Positions 1 to 7,861 of a stretch of 22,846 bases of DNA are shown here, piece by piece (position 1 is the first letter of the stretch; the number at the start of each line of letters is the position of its first letter). Source of the stretch: Myxococcales bacterium. GTDB taxonomy: Bacteria; Myxococcota_A; UBA9042. Below the pieces are notes generated by a model. That model worked only from the letters and a program-made list of their open reading frames with translations. It ran no database searches and had not been told where the DNA came from. The position numbers and the translations under genes were made by a program. The stretch covers positions 1 through 22,846 of the forward strand of contig JBBISH010000103.1 in NCBI GenBank assembly GCA_037441385.1, in the 5' to 3' direction.

Positions 1-153
1 CCCCGTCTGATTCACGCCTGTACGGCTTCTCTGACCCGGTCTGCAACCGGCGAGAATCAGGCGGGGACCCCGGTTCGAGCCCGAAGAATTGCCCGAGTTT
101 TCGATCCGATTCGGACGGAACTGGTATCAGGACCAGGAATCGGCGCGAAAAAG

Positions 154-209
154 TCGAAAGGGCCAACCTCGTTGCAGGATTGCGCCTGCGGCAGAGGTTG
201 ACCCTTCGA
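154..209 (-). terminator. Long hairpin followed by a T-run directly downstream of the tRNA; probable intrinsic terminator of the rplM-rpsI-tRNA unit
   Basis: tcgaaagggccaacctcgttgcagg (154-178) pairs imperfectly with cctgcggcagaggttgacccttcga (185-209); aaaaa at 148-152 gives UUUUU after the stem on the minus strand. Confidence 0.6.
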
Positions 210-213
210 TGGG

Positions 214-287
214 TGGCTGGGGGGGGACTTGAACCCTCGACCTAGCGATTATGAGTCGCTCGCTCTAACCAGCTGAGCTACCCAGCC
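214..287 (-). tRNA. tRNA with CAT anticodon, most likely elongator tRNA-Met (tRNA-Ile2 not excluded)
   Basis: Minus strand reads GGCTGGG TA GCTC AGCTGGTTA GAGC G AGCGA CTCATAA TCGCT AGGTC GAGGG TTCAAGT CCCCC CCCAGCC A, a full cloverleaf. G1-C72 is paired, so it is not an initiator. G2-C71/C3-G70/U4-A69 match Met identity elements. CCA is not encoded (CCC follows). Confidence 0.93.
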
Positions 288-331
288 CCCGCGGCCGTTG
301 ACGGCACGACTGCCGCCAGCGACGGCGTTTT

Positions 332-754
332 TTAGCGCTTGCTGAACTGGAAGCGCGCGCGGGCGGCGGCGCGACCGTACTTCTTGCGCTCCTTGGCGCG
401 CGGGTCACGGGTCAGCATGCCGGCGGCCTTGAGCGGGCTGCGCATGTCGGCGGCGTACAGGGTCAGGGCGCGGGCGATACCGTGGCGGATCGCACCAGCC
501 TGGCCGGCCAGACCGCCACCCATCACCGTGACAGCCACGTCGAACTGGCCCTTGCGCTCGATGATGTCGAAGGGCTCGTTGACGAGCATTTCGAGCGTCG
601 GGCGGCGCAGATATTCGGCGATGGCGCGGTTGTTGACGGTGATCGTGCCGTTGCCCTGCGACAGGTAGACGCGGGCGGTCGCCTCTTTGCGGCGGCCGGT
701 GGCATACCAGCGCTTGGCGACGGCGGAATCAGTAACGCGACGGGTGGTGACCAT
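332..754 (-). CDS. rpsI: 30S ribosomal protein S9
   Basis: Motifs [45 protein letters not shown] and terminal QFSKR; lies downstream of rplM. Confidence 0.99.
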   Translation of the reverse strand: MVTTRRVTDSAVAKRWYATGRRKEATARVYLSQGNGTITVNNRAIAEYLRRPTLEMLVNEPFDIIERKGQFDVAVTVMGGGLAGQAGAIRHGIARALTLYAADMRSPLKAAGMLTRDPRAKERKKYGRAAARARFQFSKR

Positions 755-812
755 GAAGTACCTTAGTGGCGGACGCGCAGGCCCGCGGGAGAAAAGCAGG
801 AAGCGCGGTCGG

Positions 813-1253
813 TTAGACTTCGCGAACGATGGGGTTCTGCGCGGCGTGCGGGTGGTTGGCGCCGTCGTACACCTTCAGCTTGGTGATCAGGCGGCGGCCC
901 AGCGGGCCCTTGGGCAGCATGCCCCACACAGCCAGACGGACGGCCTGCTCGCTGTGGCGCTGCAGGTAGATGCGCGCCGGCTCCGCCTTGATACCACCGG
1001 CAAAGTTGGTGTGGCGGTAGTACATCTTGTTCTCGAGCTTCTTGCCGGTCAGCTTCAGCTGGCCCGCATTGATCACGACGATGTAGTCACCGGTGTCGGC
1101 GTTAGGGGTAAAGGCCGGGCGATCCTTGCCGCGCAGCATGTTGGCGAGTTGCACCGCGGCGCGACCCAGGACCTTGTCCTTCAGGTCGACGATGTACCAC
1201 TGGTGGGGCGCGTCTTGGGTGCGCACGCTGACGGTCTGCTTGGAGAGGCTCAT
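813..1253 (-). CDS. rplM: 50S ribosomal protein L13
   Basis: Motifs [60 protein letters not shown]. Confidence 0.99.
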   Translation of the reverse strand: MSLSKQTVSVRTQDAPHQWYIVDLKDKVLGRAAVQLANMLRGKDRPAFTPNADTGDYIVVINAGQLKLTGKKLENKMYYRHTNFAGGIKAEPARIYLQRHSEQAVRLAVWGMLPKGPLGRRLITKLKVYDGANHPHAAQNPIVREV

Positions 1254-1411
1254 CTTGGATCCTACTGTGCTAGCTGCGGGCGCCGGCCGATCGGGCGGGC
1301 GGGCAGTGTCGATTTTCGAAGTGGCGCGCGCCCCAATATCTGCGTCATTGTTGACGATTTCTGGAGCCCGACCCCGACGCGACCGCTATGCGATGCCACG
1401 CGAGGGCCAAA

Positions 1412-1441
1412 ACTTTACGCGCTTCCAGCCGAGGTTGTCAA
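1412..1441 (-). promoter_or_regulatory. Sigma70-type promoter of rplM-rpsI
   Basis: Minus strand TTGACA (1441-1436), 18-nt spacer, TAAAGT (1417-1412), in the metK-rplM intergenic region. Confidence 0.7.
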
Positions 1442-1477
1442 GGCAAAACCGGCTTGCGCGAAGGACAGGCGCGGCGC

Positions 1478-2641
1478 TTACAGCCCCACGGCGGTGCGCA
1501 GGTCGGCCACGCGGTCGGTGCGCTCCCAGGTGAACTCGGACTCGCTGCGGCCAAAGTGGCCGCCCGACGCGGTCTGCAGGTAGATCGGCCGGAGCAGATC
1601 CAGCTGCGAAATGATGAGTGCCGGGCGGAAATCGAACACGTCGAGCACCGCCTTCTCGATGCGGTCTGCGTCGAGCTTGGCGGTGCCGTGGCAGTCGACT
1701 TTGACGCTGGTGGGGCGAGCGACGCCGATCGCGTAAGACACCTGTACTTCGCATTCGTCGGCAAGGCCGGCTGCGACAATGTTTTTCGCGACGTAGCGGG
1801 CGTAGTACGCCGCCGAACGATCGACCTTGGACGGGTCCTTGCCCGAGAAAGCGCCGCCGCCGTGCCGACCCCAGCCGCCGTAGGTGTCGACGATGATCTT
1901 GCGGCCGGTGACGCCACAGTCGCCGTGCGGGCCGCCGATGACGAACTTGCCGGTGGGGTTGACGTGGAACTTGGTGTCCTTGGTCAGCAGATCCTTGGGC
2001 AGCACTGGCATGACGATGTGCTCGAGGACGCCAGCGCGCAGCTCGTCGTAGCTCAGGGTGTCGCGGTGCATGGTCGAGAGCACGACGGCCTCGATCGCGA
2101 CCGGCTTGCCGCCGACGTAGCGAATCGACACCTGGCTTTTGGCGTCGGGGCGGATCCAGGGCAGCGTACCCTCGCGGAGGACTTGCTCTTGGCGACGCGT
2201 CAGCTTGCTGGCCAAGACGATCGGCAGCGGCATCAGCTCGGGGGTCTGGTTGCAGGCAAAGCCGAACATCAGGCCCTGGTCGCCAGCACCCTGCTCGGGA
2301 TCCAGGCCGCGGCCCACGTCCACGCCCTGGGCGATGTCCGCAGACTGCTTGCCGATCGACACGAGCACGCCGCACGATTCGGACTCGAAACGGTCCTGCG
2401 GGTCGTTGTAGCCAATCTTTTTGATGGTCTCGCGGGCAACCGTGCGGTAGTCGACATTGGCCGAGGTGGTGATCTCGCCAGCGATGACAACAAGGCCAGT
2501 GGTCACCAGGGTTTCGCACGCGACGCGGCCACGCGGGTCCTGGCGCAGAATCGCGTCCAGTACGGCGTCGGAAATCTGGTCGGAGACTTTGTCGGGGTGG
2601 CCTGCGGATACGGACTCGCTGGTAAACGTGAACTCGCGCAT
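1478..2641 (-). CDS. metK: S-adenosylmethionine synthetase
   Basis: [50 protein letters not shown] signatures; RBS GAGGAAG upstream. Confidence 0.99.
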   Translation of the reverse strand: MREFTFTSESVSAGHPDKVSDQISDAVLDAILRQDPRGRVACETLVTTGLVVIAGEITTSANVDYRTVARETIKKIGYNDPQDRFESESCGVLVSIGKQSADIAQGVDVGRGLDPEQGAGDQGLMFGFACNQTPELMPLPIVLASKLTRRQEQVLREGTLPWIRPDAKSQVSIRYVGGKPVAIEAVVLSTMHRDTLSYDELRAGVLEHIVMPVLPKDLLTKDTKFHVNPTGKFVIGGPHGDCGVTGRKIIVDTYGGWGRHGGGAFSGKDPSKVDRSAAYYARYVAKNIVAAGLADECEVQVSYAIGVARPTSVKVDCHGTAKLDADRIEKAVLDVFDFRPALIISQLDLLRPIYLQTASGGHFGRSESEFTWERTDRVADLRTAVGL

Positions 2642-2694
2642 ATCGTTGTTCTTCCTCGCGTCCCCGGCCTTGTTGATCCTGCGCGGGGCGCGAA

Positions 2695-2723
2695 AGGATC
2701 TGCGCGGCGGCGATGGATGTCAA
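2695..2723 (-). promoter_or_regulatory. Sigma70-type promoter of metK
   Basis: Minus strand TTGACA (2723-2718), 17-nt spacer, GATCCT (2700-2695), about 55 nt upstream of the start codon. Confidence 0.55.
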
Positions 2724-2785
2724 GTCCGCAGGCGCTGTCTGCGGCCTGCCGCCCCCTGATGCCCAGCGACGGGATGGGCCAAGGA

Positions 2786-2814
2786 TGGAAATGCCTGGAA
2801 AAAGATCGTAAAGT
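2786..2814 (+). promoter_or_regulatory. Possible promoter of the Cys-rich lipoprotein-tatD-tcdA unit
   Basis: TGGAAA (2786-2791), 17-nt spacer, TAAAGT (2809-2814); same -10 hexamer as the rplM candidate. Confidence 0.35.
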
Positions 2815-2852
2815 GGGCAGTTCGGGGCAATCTAGGCCCAACATGGCAGGCC

Positions 2853-5048
2853 ATGGCACGGCGCGCGCAACCGACTGGAGCCGATCACGGCGGATCGCGC
2901 CTTGCGCCGTGGCTGCTGTGCGTGTTGGCTGCGTGCGGCGGTCGGTACGAGTTCGAGCCCTATGCCTACGGTGGCTACGACGCCGCTCCGCCGGTTTTCG
3001 GCACGCCGGGCCAAGACATCGGCTACGGGTCGAACGGCGGGGCCGACGCCAACACCTCGCAAGCGGGCGACGCGGCCGGCAAGGACTCGGCGGGCGACAG
3101 CGGCGGCGGCAAGTCCGATGGATCGGCCAGCGACGGCGTCATGGGCGCGATGGACGGCCAAAGCGACGGCAGCGGCATCTGCGATCACAGCAAGCCCTGC
3201 GGCGTCGACAGCGACTGCCCCAAAACCGCCTGCAACAAGGCCGCTTGCAAGGCTGGCTGCTGTGCGCTGGTCGCAGTGGCAGACGGTACGACGTGCAACG
3301 ACAGCAACTCGTGCACGACCGCCGACACCTGCAAGGCCGGCAGCTGCACCGGCAAAGCCAAAGACTGCAGCGACGCCTACGCCTGCACGGACGACAGCTG
3401 CGACACCAAGACCGGCAAGTGCGTGAACAAGCCGGCCAGCGGCTGGTGCTTCATCGGCAACACCTGCTTCCAAGACACCGAGGCGAATCAAGAAAACCCC
3501 TGCCAAGTCTGCGACGCGGCCAAGAGCCAAAGCGCGTTTTCGTTGGGCACCGGCTGCTGCGTCACGGACAGCGACTGCCCCGGCGGCGGCCCCTGCGACG
3601 TACCGATCTGCGACAAGGCGACGAGCACCTGCAGCTTGGGCAAAGCCGTGGGTTGCTGCACCAGCGACCAGGAATGCAGCGACGGCAACCAGTGCACGCT
3701 GGACAGTTGCGACGTGATGACCGGCAAGTGCTCGTACCAAGCGATCGCCTGCAGCAGCCCCAACCAGTGCCAAGACGGCGTCTGCGACCCGGCCACGGGC
3801 CAGTGCAACGCCAAGACCAAGGGCGGTTGGTGCATGGTCGACGGCGGCTGCTACGCAGAGGGCGAGGCCAACCCCGGAAATAGCTGCAAGATTTGCAGCT
3901 CGCTCACCAGCCAGACCAGCTGGACCGTGATGGCTGGCGGCATCTGCAACGACGGCAACGCCTGCACCTTTGGCGACAGCTGCAACGCCGCGGGAGTCTG
4001 CGCAGGTACGCCCAAAAGCGGCTGCTGCATGGCCGACAGCGACTGCCTGCAGAGCGGCGACCCGTGCGCACCCATGCATTGCGACCAAACCATCGGCACG
4101 TGCGTGCCCGCGCCCTTGGCCGGTTGCTGCACGGCCGGGACCTGTTGCGACGCCGGCTCGCTGGCGATCAAGTCGGCCGGCTCGACCTGTGGCAGCGGCC
4201 CCCTGAGCACGACCTACCAGTGCAACGGCCAGCAAGTGCAAAAGCGCGAGACCTGGGCGGGCTGCAACGGCCAAAGCCCAGACGGCTGCTCGACTTCGGC
4301 CGGCGCGCAAGTCCTTGGGGCATGGCAGACCATCAAGACGTGCGCCGCCAACACCCTGTGCACGCTGGCGTCCGCGGCCGCCGAGCCCACCTGCAAGAGC
4401 ACGCAACCCACCGGCAGCTGTGCCAATTCCTGCGGCGGCAAGTCGACCTCGGGCAGCTGCTACTGCGACTCGGTCTGCAGCGGCCTCGGCGACTGCTGCA
4501 CCGACTTCTTGGCCTTGTGCGGTTGCACCAGCGGCGAGTGCTGCAATGTGCCCCAGAACTTCCCCAAAGCGGCCGGCACCGCCTGCGGCAAGGCGGTGAC
4601 CGAATACTCGTGCACTTCCAAGACGTTGAAATCGCGCAGCGGCCAGCCCAGCTGCGACGGCAAGAACGTCTGCGTCAGCAGCGGCGCGGCCGTGGTGTGG
4701 AGCAGCTGGACCACCGTAAAGACCTGTTCGTCCAGCGAGAATTGCGCCACGGGCGGCGGCACCGCCGGGAGTTGCACGCCCATCCCCGCCGGTACTTGCA
4801 ATGGTCGCTGCGGCAGCCAGGCCGACGAGGGCTGCTGGTGCGACAGTGTGTGCAAGGAGCTGGGCGACTGCTGCGGCGACTACGACGCCAAGAATTGCAG
4901 CAAGTTCCAGACCTGCGGGCAGACCGCCACCGGCACCTGCAACGGCAAGTGCGGCAGCCAGGGCGTGGGCTCTACCTGCTGGTGCGACACCGCCTGCGAC
5001 ACTTTTGGCGACTGCTGCGCGGACAAGGTCATCTGCGGCTGCCTGTAG
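2853..5048 (+). CDS. Cys-rich secreted lipoprotein with Dictyostelium-type CTDC repeats and three C-terminal somatomedin-B-like domains
   Basis: Lipobox LAAC (Cys28) after a hydrophobic stretch; Gly/Asp/Ser linker; repeats such as CNDSNSCTTADTC, CSDGNQCTLDSCD, CNDGNACTFGDSC; three C-x3-CG...C[YW]CD-x2-C-x3-GDCC-x-D units. Confidence 0.85.
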   Translation: MARRAQPTGADHGGSRLAPWLLCVLAACGGRYEFEPYAYGGYDAAPPVFGTPGQDIGYGSNGGADANTSQAGDAAGKDSAGDSGGGKSDGSASDGVMGAMDGQSDGSGICDHSKPCGVDSDCPKTACNKAACKAGCCALVAVADGTTCNDSNSCTTADTCKAGSCTGKAKDCSDAYACTDDSCDTKTGKCVNKPASGWCFIGNTCFQDTEANQENPCQVCDAAKSQSAFSLGTGCCVTDSDCPGGGPCDVPICDKATSTCSLGKAVGCCTSDQECSDGNQCTLDSCDVMTGKCSYQAIACSSPNQCQDGVCDPATGQCNAKTKGGWCMVDGGCYAEGEANPGNSCKICSSLTSQTSWTVMAGGICNDGNACTFGDSCNAAGVCAGTPKSGCCMADSDCLQSGDPCAPMHCDQTIGTCVPAPLAGCCTAGTCCDAGSLAIKSAGSTCGSGPLSTTYQCNGQQVQKRETWAGCNGQSPDGCSTSAGAQVLGAWQTIKTCAANTLCTLASAAAEPTCKSTQPTGSCANSCGGKSTSGSCYCDSVCSGLGDCCTDFLALCGCTSGECCNVPQNFPKAAGTACGKAVTEYSCTSKTLKSRSGQPSCDGKNVCVSSGAAVVWSSWTTVKTCSSSENCATGGGTAGSCTPIPAGTCNGRCGSQADEGCWCDSVCKELGDCCGDYDAKNCSKFQTCGQTATGTCNGKCGSQGVGSTCWCDTACDTFGDCCADKVICGCL

Positions 5049-5056
5049 CCAAGCCC

Positions 5057-5824
5057 ATGTCGGTGCCGTTTTTTGACAGCCACGCCCACCTGGACGACCC
5101 GGATTTTCCGGTAGCCGCCACGCTGCAAGCGCTCGCCGCCCTGCCCCACTGGCGCGGCACGCTGAGCGCCGGCTATGGTCCCGAGCGCTTTGCCGCGAGC
5201 CGCGAGGCCTGCGCGATCGATAGGCGGGTGCGCCGCAGCCTGGGTCTGCATCCTTGGTGGATTGCGGAGCACAATTCCGTAGACCGCGAACAGGGTTGGC
5301 AGCTGCTCCTGGCCGAGTTGGATGAGCACGGGGCGGTCGCGCTGGGCGAGATCGGCGTGGACAAGACCCGCCAAGGGCTGCAGAGCGGCGACGACCAGCA
5401 GGCCTGGTTGGAGCGAGGGCTGCGCTTGGCCAAAGACCGCAAGCTTCCTGTGGTGTTACATGTTGTCGGCTGGCATGGGCGGGCGCTGGCGGCGCTGCGG
5501 GCGGTGGGCGGGCCGTGGCGGGGCGTGGTGCATCGCTACTCGGGCTCGCCGGAGCTGGTCCGCGACTACACTGCGCTGGGGCTGCACGTCAGCCTGGCCC
5601 TAGAGCCGCGCGAAGTCGAGGCCAAGCGCGCCGCGATCGCCCAGGCCGTGCCGCCGCAAAAGCTGTTGATCGAATCGGACTGGCCGTTTGGCGCGCTGGA
5701 CTACCCGCAGGCACTGCTGGCAACGTGGCAACTGGCCGAGCGGGTGGCAACCTGGCGCGGCGAGCCCGTGGAGCAACTGCTGGCGCGCCACAACGAGCAA
5801 ACCCAAAACCTTTTCTTTGGATAA
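5057..5824 (+). CDS. tatD: TatD-family metal-dependent hydrolase/DNase
   Basis: True start is the ATG at 5057 inside the listed 3893 ORF. Motifs DSHAH, GLHPW, GEIGVD, LPVVLH, GVVHRYSG, LLIESDWP. Confidence 0.92.
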   Translation: MSVPFFDSHAHLDDPDFPVAATLQALAALPHWRGTLSAGYGPERFAASREACAIDRRVRRSLGLHPWWIAEHNSVDREQGWQLLLAELDEHGAVALGEIGVDKTRQGLQSGDDQQAWLERGLRLAKDRKLPVVLHVVGWHGRALAALRAVGGPWRGVVHRYSGSPELVRDYTALGLHVSLALEPREVEAKRAAIAQAVPPQKLLIESDWPFGALDYPQALLATWQLAERVATWRGEPVEQLLARHNEQTQNLFFG

Positions 5825-5827
5825 ATC

Positions 5828-6751
5828 ATGATGAACGAGACAACTCCCGTGCGGCTGGGCAAGTCGCGGCCGGCGCAGCGGCGCTTTGATCGTCTGGTGC
5901 GGCTGGTGCGGGTGCAGGGCTTCGAGCGGCTGCAGGACGCCCATGTCACCGTGTTCGGCGTGGGCGGCGTGGGCGGCTATGCGGCCGAAGGGCTGGCGCG
6001 ATCGGGTGTTGGGCGCCTGACCCTGGTCGACTACGACTTAGTGTGCGCCACCAATCTGAATCGGCAGATCCAAGCGCTGGCCGGCAACGTGGGCAAACCC
6101 AAGGCCGAAATGCTGGCCGAGCGCCTGCGCGCCATCAACCCGCAGCTCGACGTGCGCGCGGTCTGTACGTTCTACGAGGCGGCCAAGGCCGACGAACTGC
6201 TGCCACTGGATCCCGCTCCCACGTTTGTCGTCGACGCCATCGATCACGTGACCGCCAAGCTGCACCTGCTGGATCGCTGCCGGTCCAACGGCATCCCGGT
6301 CGTGAGTTCGATGGGCGCGGCTGGCAAGCTGGACCCGACCCAAGTGCGCGTTGCCGATTTGTTCGAGACCCACACCGATCCGCTGGCGCGGGCGGTGCGC
6401 AAGTCGCTGCGTAAGCACTACGGCTGGCCCGAGGCCGGCAAAGGCAAGGACAGACAGGCACTTTCCGGCGTGCAGGTCGTCTACTCGCTGGAGAGCCGCC
6501 GCTACCCGATCCCGCCGGACTGGGACGCTGAAAACGGTTTTCAGTGCGTGTGCCCGCCCAGCGACTCGGGCATCGACATGTGCGCCCACCGCAACCTGAT
6601 CGAGGGATCGGCGGTGTTCGTCACGTCCGTGTTCGGCATGGCGATGGCGAGCGTGGTGGTCCGCGAGCTAGCGGGGGAATTCCTGGCGCCGACGCTACAA
6701 GAAGTCCAAGAGAGCAACGCTGCGGCCGGGCATAGCCACCACTGCGACTAG
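5828..6751 (+). CDS. tcdA: tRNA threonylcarbamoyladenosine dehydratase (ThiF/E1-like family)
   Basis: GVGGVGG, LARSGVGRLTLVDYD, TNLNRQ, VVDAID..AK, SSMGAAGKLDP, DPLARAVRKSLR, GS..FVTSVFG. Confidence 0.9.
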   Translation: MMNETTPVRLGKSRPAQRRFDRLVRLVRVQGFERLQDAHVTVFGVGGVGGYAAEGLARSGVGRLTLVDYDLVCATNLNRQIQALAGNVGKPKAEMLAERLRAINPQLDVRAVCTFYEAAKADELLPLDPAPTFVVDAIDHVTAKLHLLDRCRSNGIPVVSSMGAAGKLDPTQVRVADLFETHTDPLARAVRKSLRKHYGWPEAGKGKDRQALSGVQVVYSLESRRYPIPPDWDAENGFQCVCPPSDSGIDMCAHRNLIEGSAVFVTSVFGMAMASVVVRELAGEFLAPTLQEVQESNAAAGHSHHCD

Positions 6752-6758
6752 GGGCTTT

Positions 6759-6776
6759 GGCTCCGGCTCCGGCTCC
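6759..6776. repeat. (GGCTCC)3 short tandem repeat
   Basis: ggctcc at 6759, 6765 and 6771, in the gap between convergent genes. Confidence 0.8.
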
Positions 6777-6814
6777 GCTGTCCGCAGAAGATGTCAAGTG
6801 TCAATACCTGACAC

Positions 6815-7801
6815 CTAGTAATCACTCATCGACTTCTTGGGCTCGCCCGACTTGACGCCGCCCGGCGTACCTGTGCCGGCAAACGACATCAGCACGTAGA
6901 AGCTGGTCCAAGAGGCCGCCTGCTTGGCCGCACCGCGGACTTTGTCGGGCACGACTTCGCCCTCTTGCCGGCCGCCCTGCCGCCACGCCGCGACGTGATC
7001 GCGAATGGTCTCGATGGCAAAGGTCTGCTCGGACTGGCGCGGCGGAGCCTTGGCGTCGTGGATCGCCAGCCACCGATCGCACAGGTTCATGTCGCCCGCC
7101 GCGAGGCACAAGTAGGCAATCAACTCGGCAAACCCAGGGTCCAGCGGGGCGTCCAGGGGCACCTCCAAGGCGGCGGCGCTGGCGCGGTCAAGCATCCGCG
7201 CCGAAATCAACGAAGCGGCGACAAAGGCCAACCCGTGACCATGACCCAGGATCGCGGCCAGCAAGAACCCCGCGCGGGCGGCCATGGCAAAGTTGCCGAC
7301 CTCGGCCCACTCGGCCATCGCGTCGAGGATCTTGCCGGGCCAAGCCGAGTCGGGCAGCTCGGCCATCGCCATCAGCTCGTCCATCGCGGCGCGGGCGTTG
7401 GGCTGCTTGGCCAGGTAGTTTTCCAGCGCTTGCAGCACCTCGGCGATGGTCGGCGCATGGAAGTTGTCGGCCCACTGCACCGAAAAGTCGGAGTCGATGA
7501 GGTACAGCACCATCCGCGACAAGCGATCCTTGGGCCACTGCGGCAACTTGTAGCGCTCCCACAGCTCGTGGACGCTCATCCACACCAGCGTGCGCGCCGC
7601 TTCGTCGTCGGTGTTGCACTGGCCGAGCCACAGATCCTCGACATCGCTCTGCAATTCCGCCGACGCCGCCTGAGCGGCCAGCGTGTCGCGGTCGGCCTTG
7701 ACGCCGACTTTGGCCAAGGTCTCGAGCAGTTCGCCCTCTGGGCAATTGCGCAGGTTGGCCTGGTTGGGATCCCAATCGCCCAAATCGATAGTGGCACCCA
7801 T
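6815..7801 (-). CDS. Hypothetical helical protein (328 aa)
   Basis: RBS AGGGAG upstream, GC3-rich codons and protein-like composition, 51 nt downstream of bcp on the same strand; no catalytic motif recognised. Confidence 0.8.
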   Translation of the reverse strand: MGATIDLGDWDPNQANLRNCPEGELLETLAKVGVKADRDTLAAQAASAELQSDVEDLWLGQCNTDDEAARTLVWMSVHELWERYKLPQWPKDRLSRMVLYLIDSDFSVQWADNFHAPTIAEVLQALENYLAKQPNARAAMDELMAMAELPDSAWPGKILDAMAEWAEVGNFAMAARAGFLLAAILGHGHGLAFVAASLISARMLDRASAAALEVPLDAPLDPGFAELIAYLCLAAGDMNLCDRWLAIHDAKAPPRQSEQTFAIETIRDHVAAWRQGGRQEGEVVPDKVRGAAKQAASWTSFYVLMSFAGTGTPGGVKSGEPKKSMSDY

Positions 7802-7813
7802 TGTCTACTCCCT

Positions 7814-7861
7814 TGAGTCGTATGCGTTTTACGAAAGTGAGTCGTATGCGTTTTACGAAAG
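7814..7861. repeat. Exact 24-bp tandem duplication spanning the bcp stop codon
   Basis: tgagtcgtatgcgttttacgaaag at 7814-7837 and again at 7838-7861. Confidence 0.95.

Noticed and set aside
71..83. cggttcgagcccg as the T-arm of a second tRNA
   Set aside because: No D-arm, anticodon arm or acceptor stem can be built around it.
2642..2852. SAM riboswitch upstream of metK
   Set aside because: No recognisable SAM-I or SAM-II core, and the predicted promoter leaves only a short leader of about 50 nt.
1388..4406. Long alternative ORFs (1388-3883 +, 1386-2723 -, 2832-4406 -)
   Set aside because: Shadow frames of metK and the Cys-rich gene, expected at high GC; no independent motifs.
3893..5056. 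N-terminal extension or fusion on TatD
   Set aside because: Out-of-frame overlap with the Cys-rich gene, Arg-rich nonsense sequence; TatD homology begins at ATG 5057.
5057..6751. tatD-tcdA (nuclease plus E1-like enzyme) as an anti-phage ubiquitin-like system
   Set aside because: The ThiF protein has standard TcdA motifs, and no E2, JAB or nucleotidyltransferase gene is nearby; the context is housekeeping.
6792..6804. Two TTGACA hexamers on the minus strand as an antisense promoter into tcdA
   Set aside because: No -10-like sequence at the right spacing; that position falls in GC-rich sequence.
7835..7847. ATACGACTCACT on the minus strand resembles part of the T7 promoter
   Set aside because: Only a 12-nt partial match created at the duplication junction; no vector context.
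7814..7861. 24-bp repeat as a CRISPR array
   Set aside because: Two directly adjacent copies, no spacer and no cas genes.
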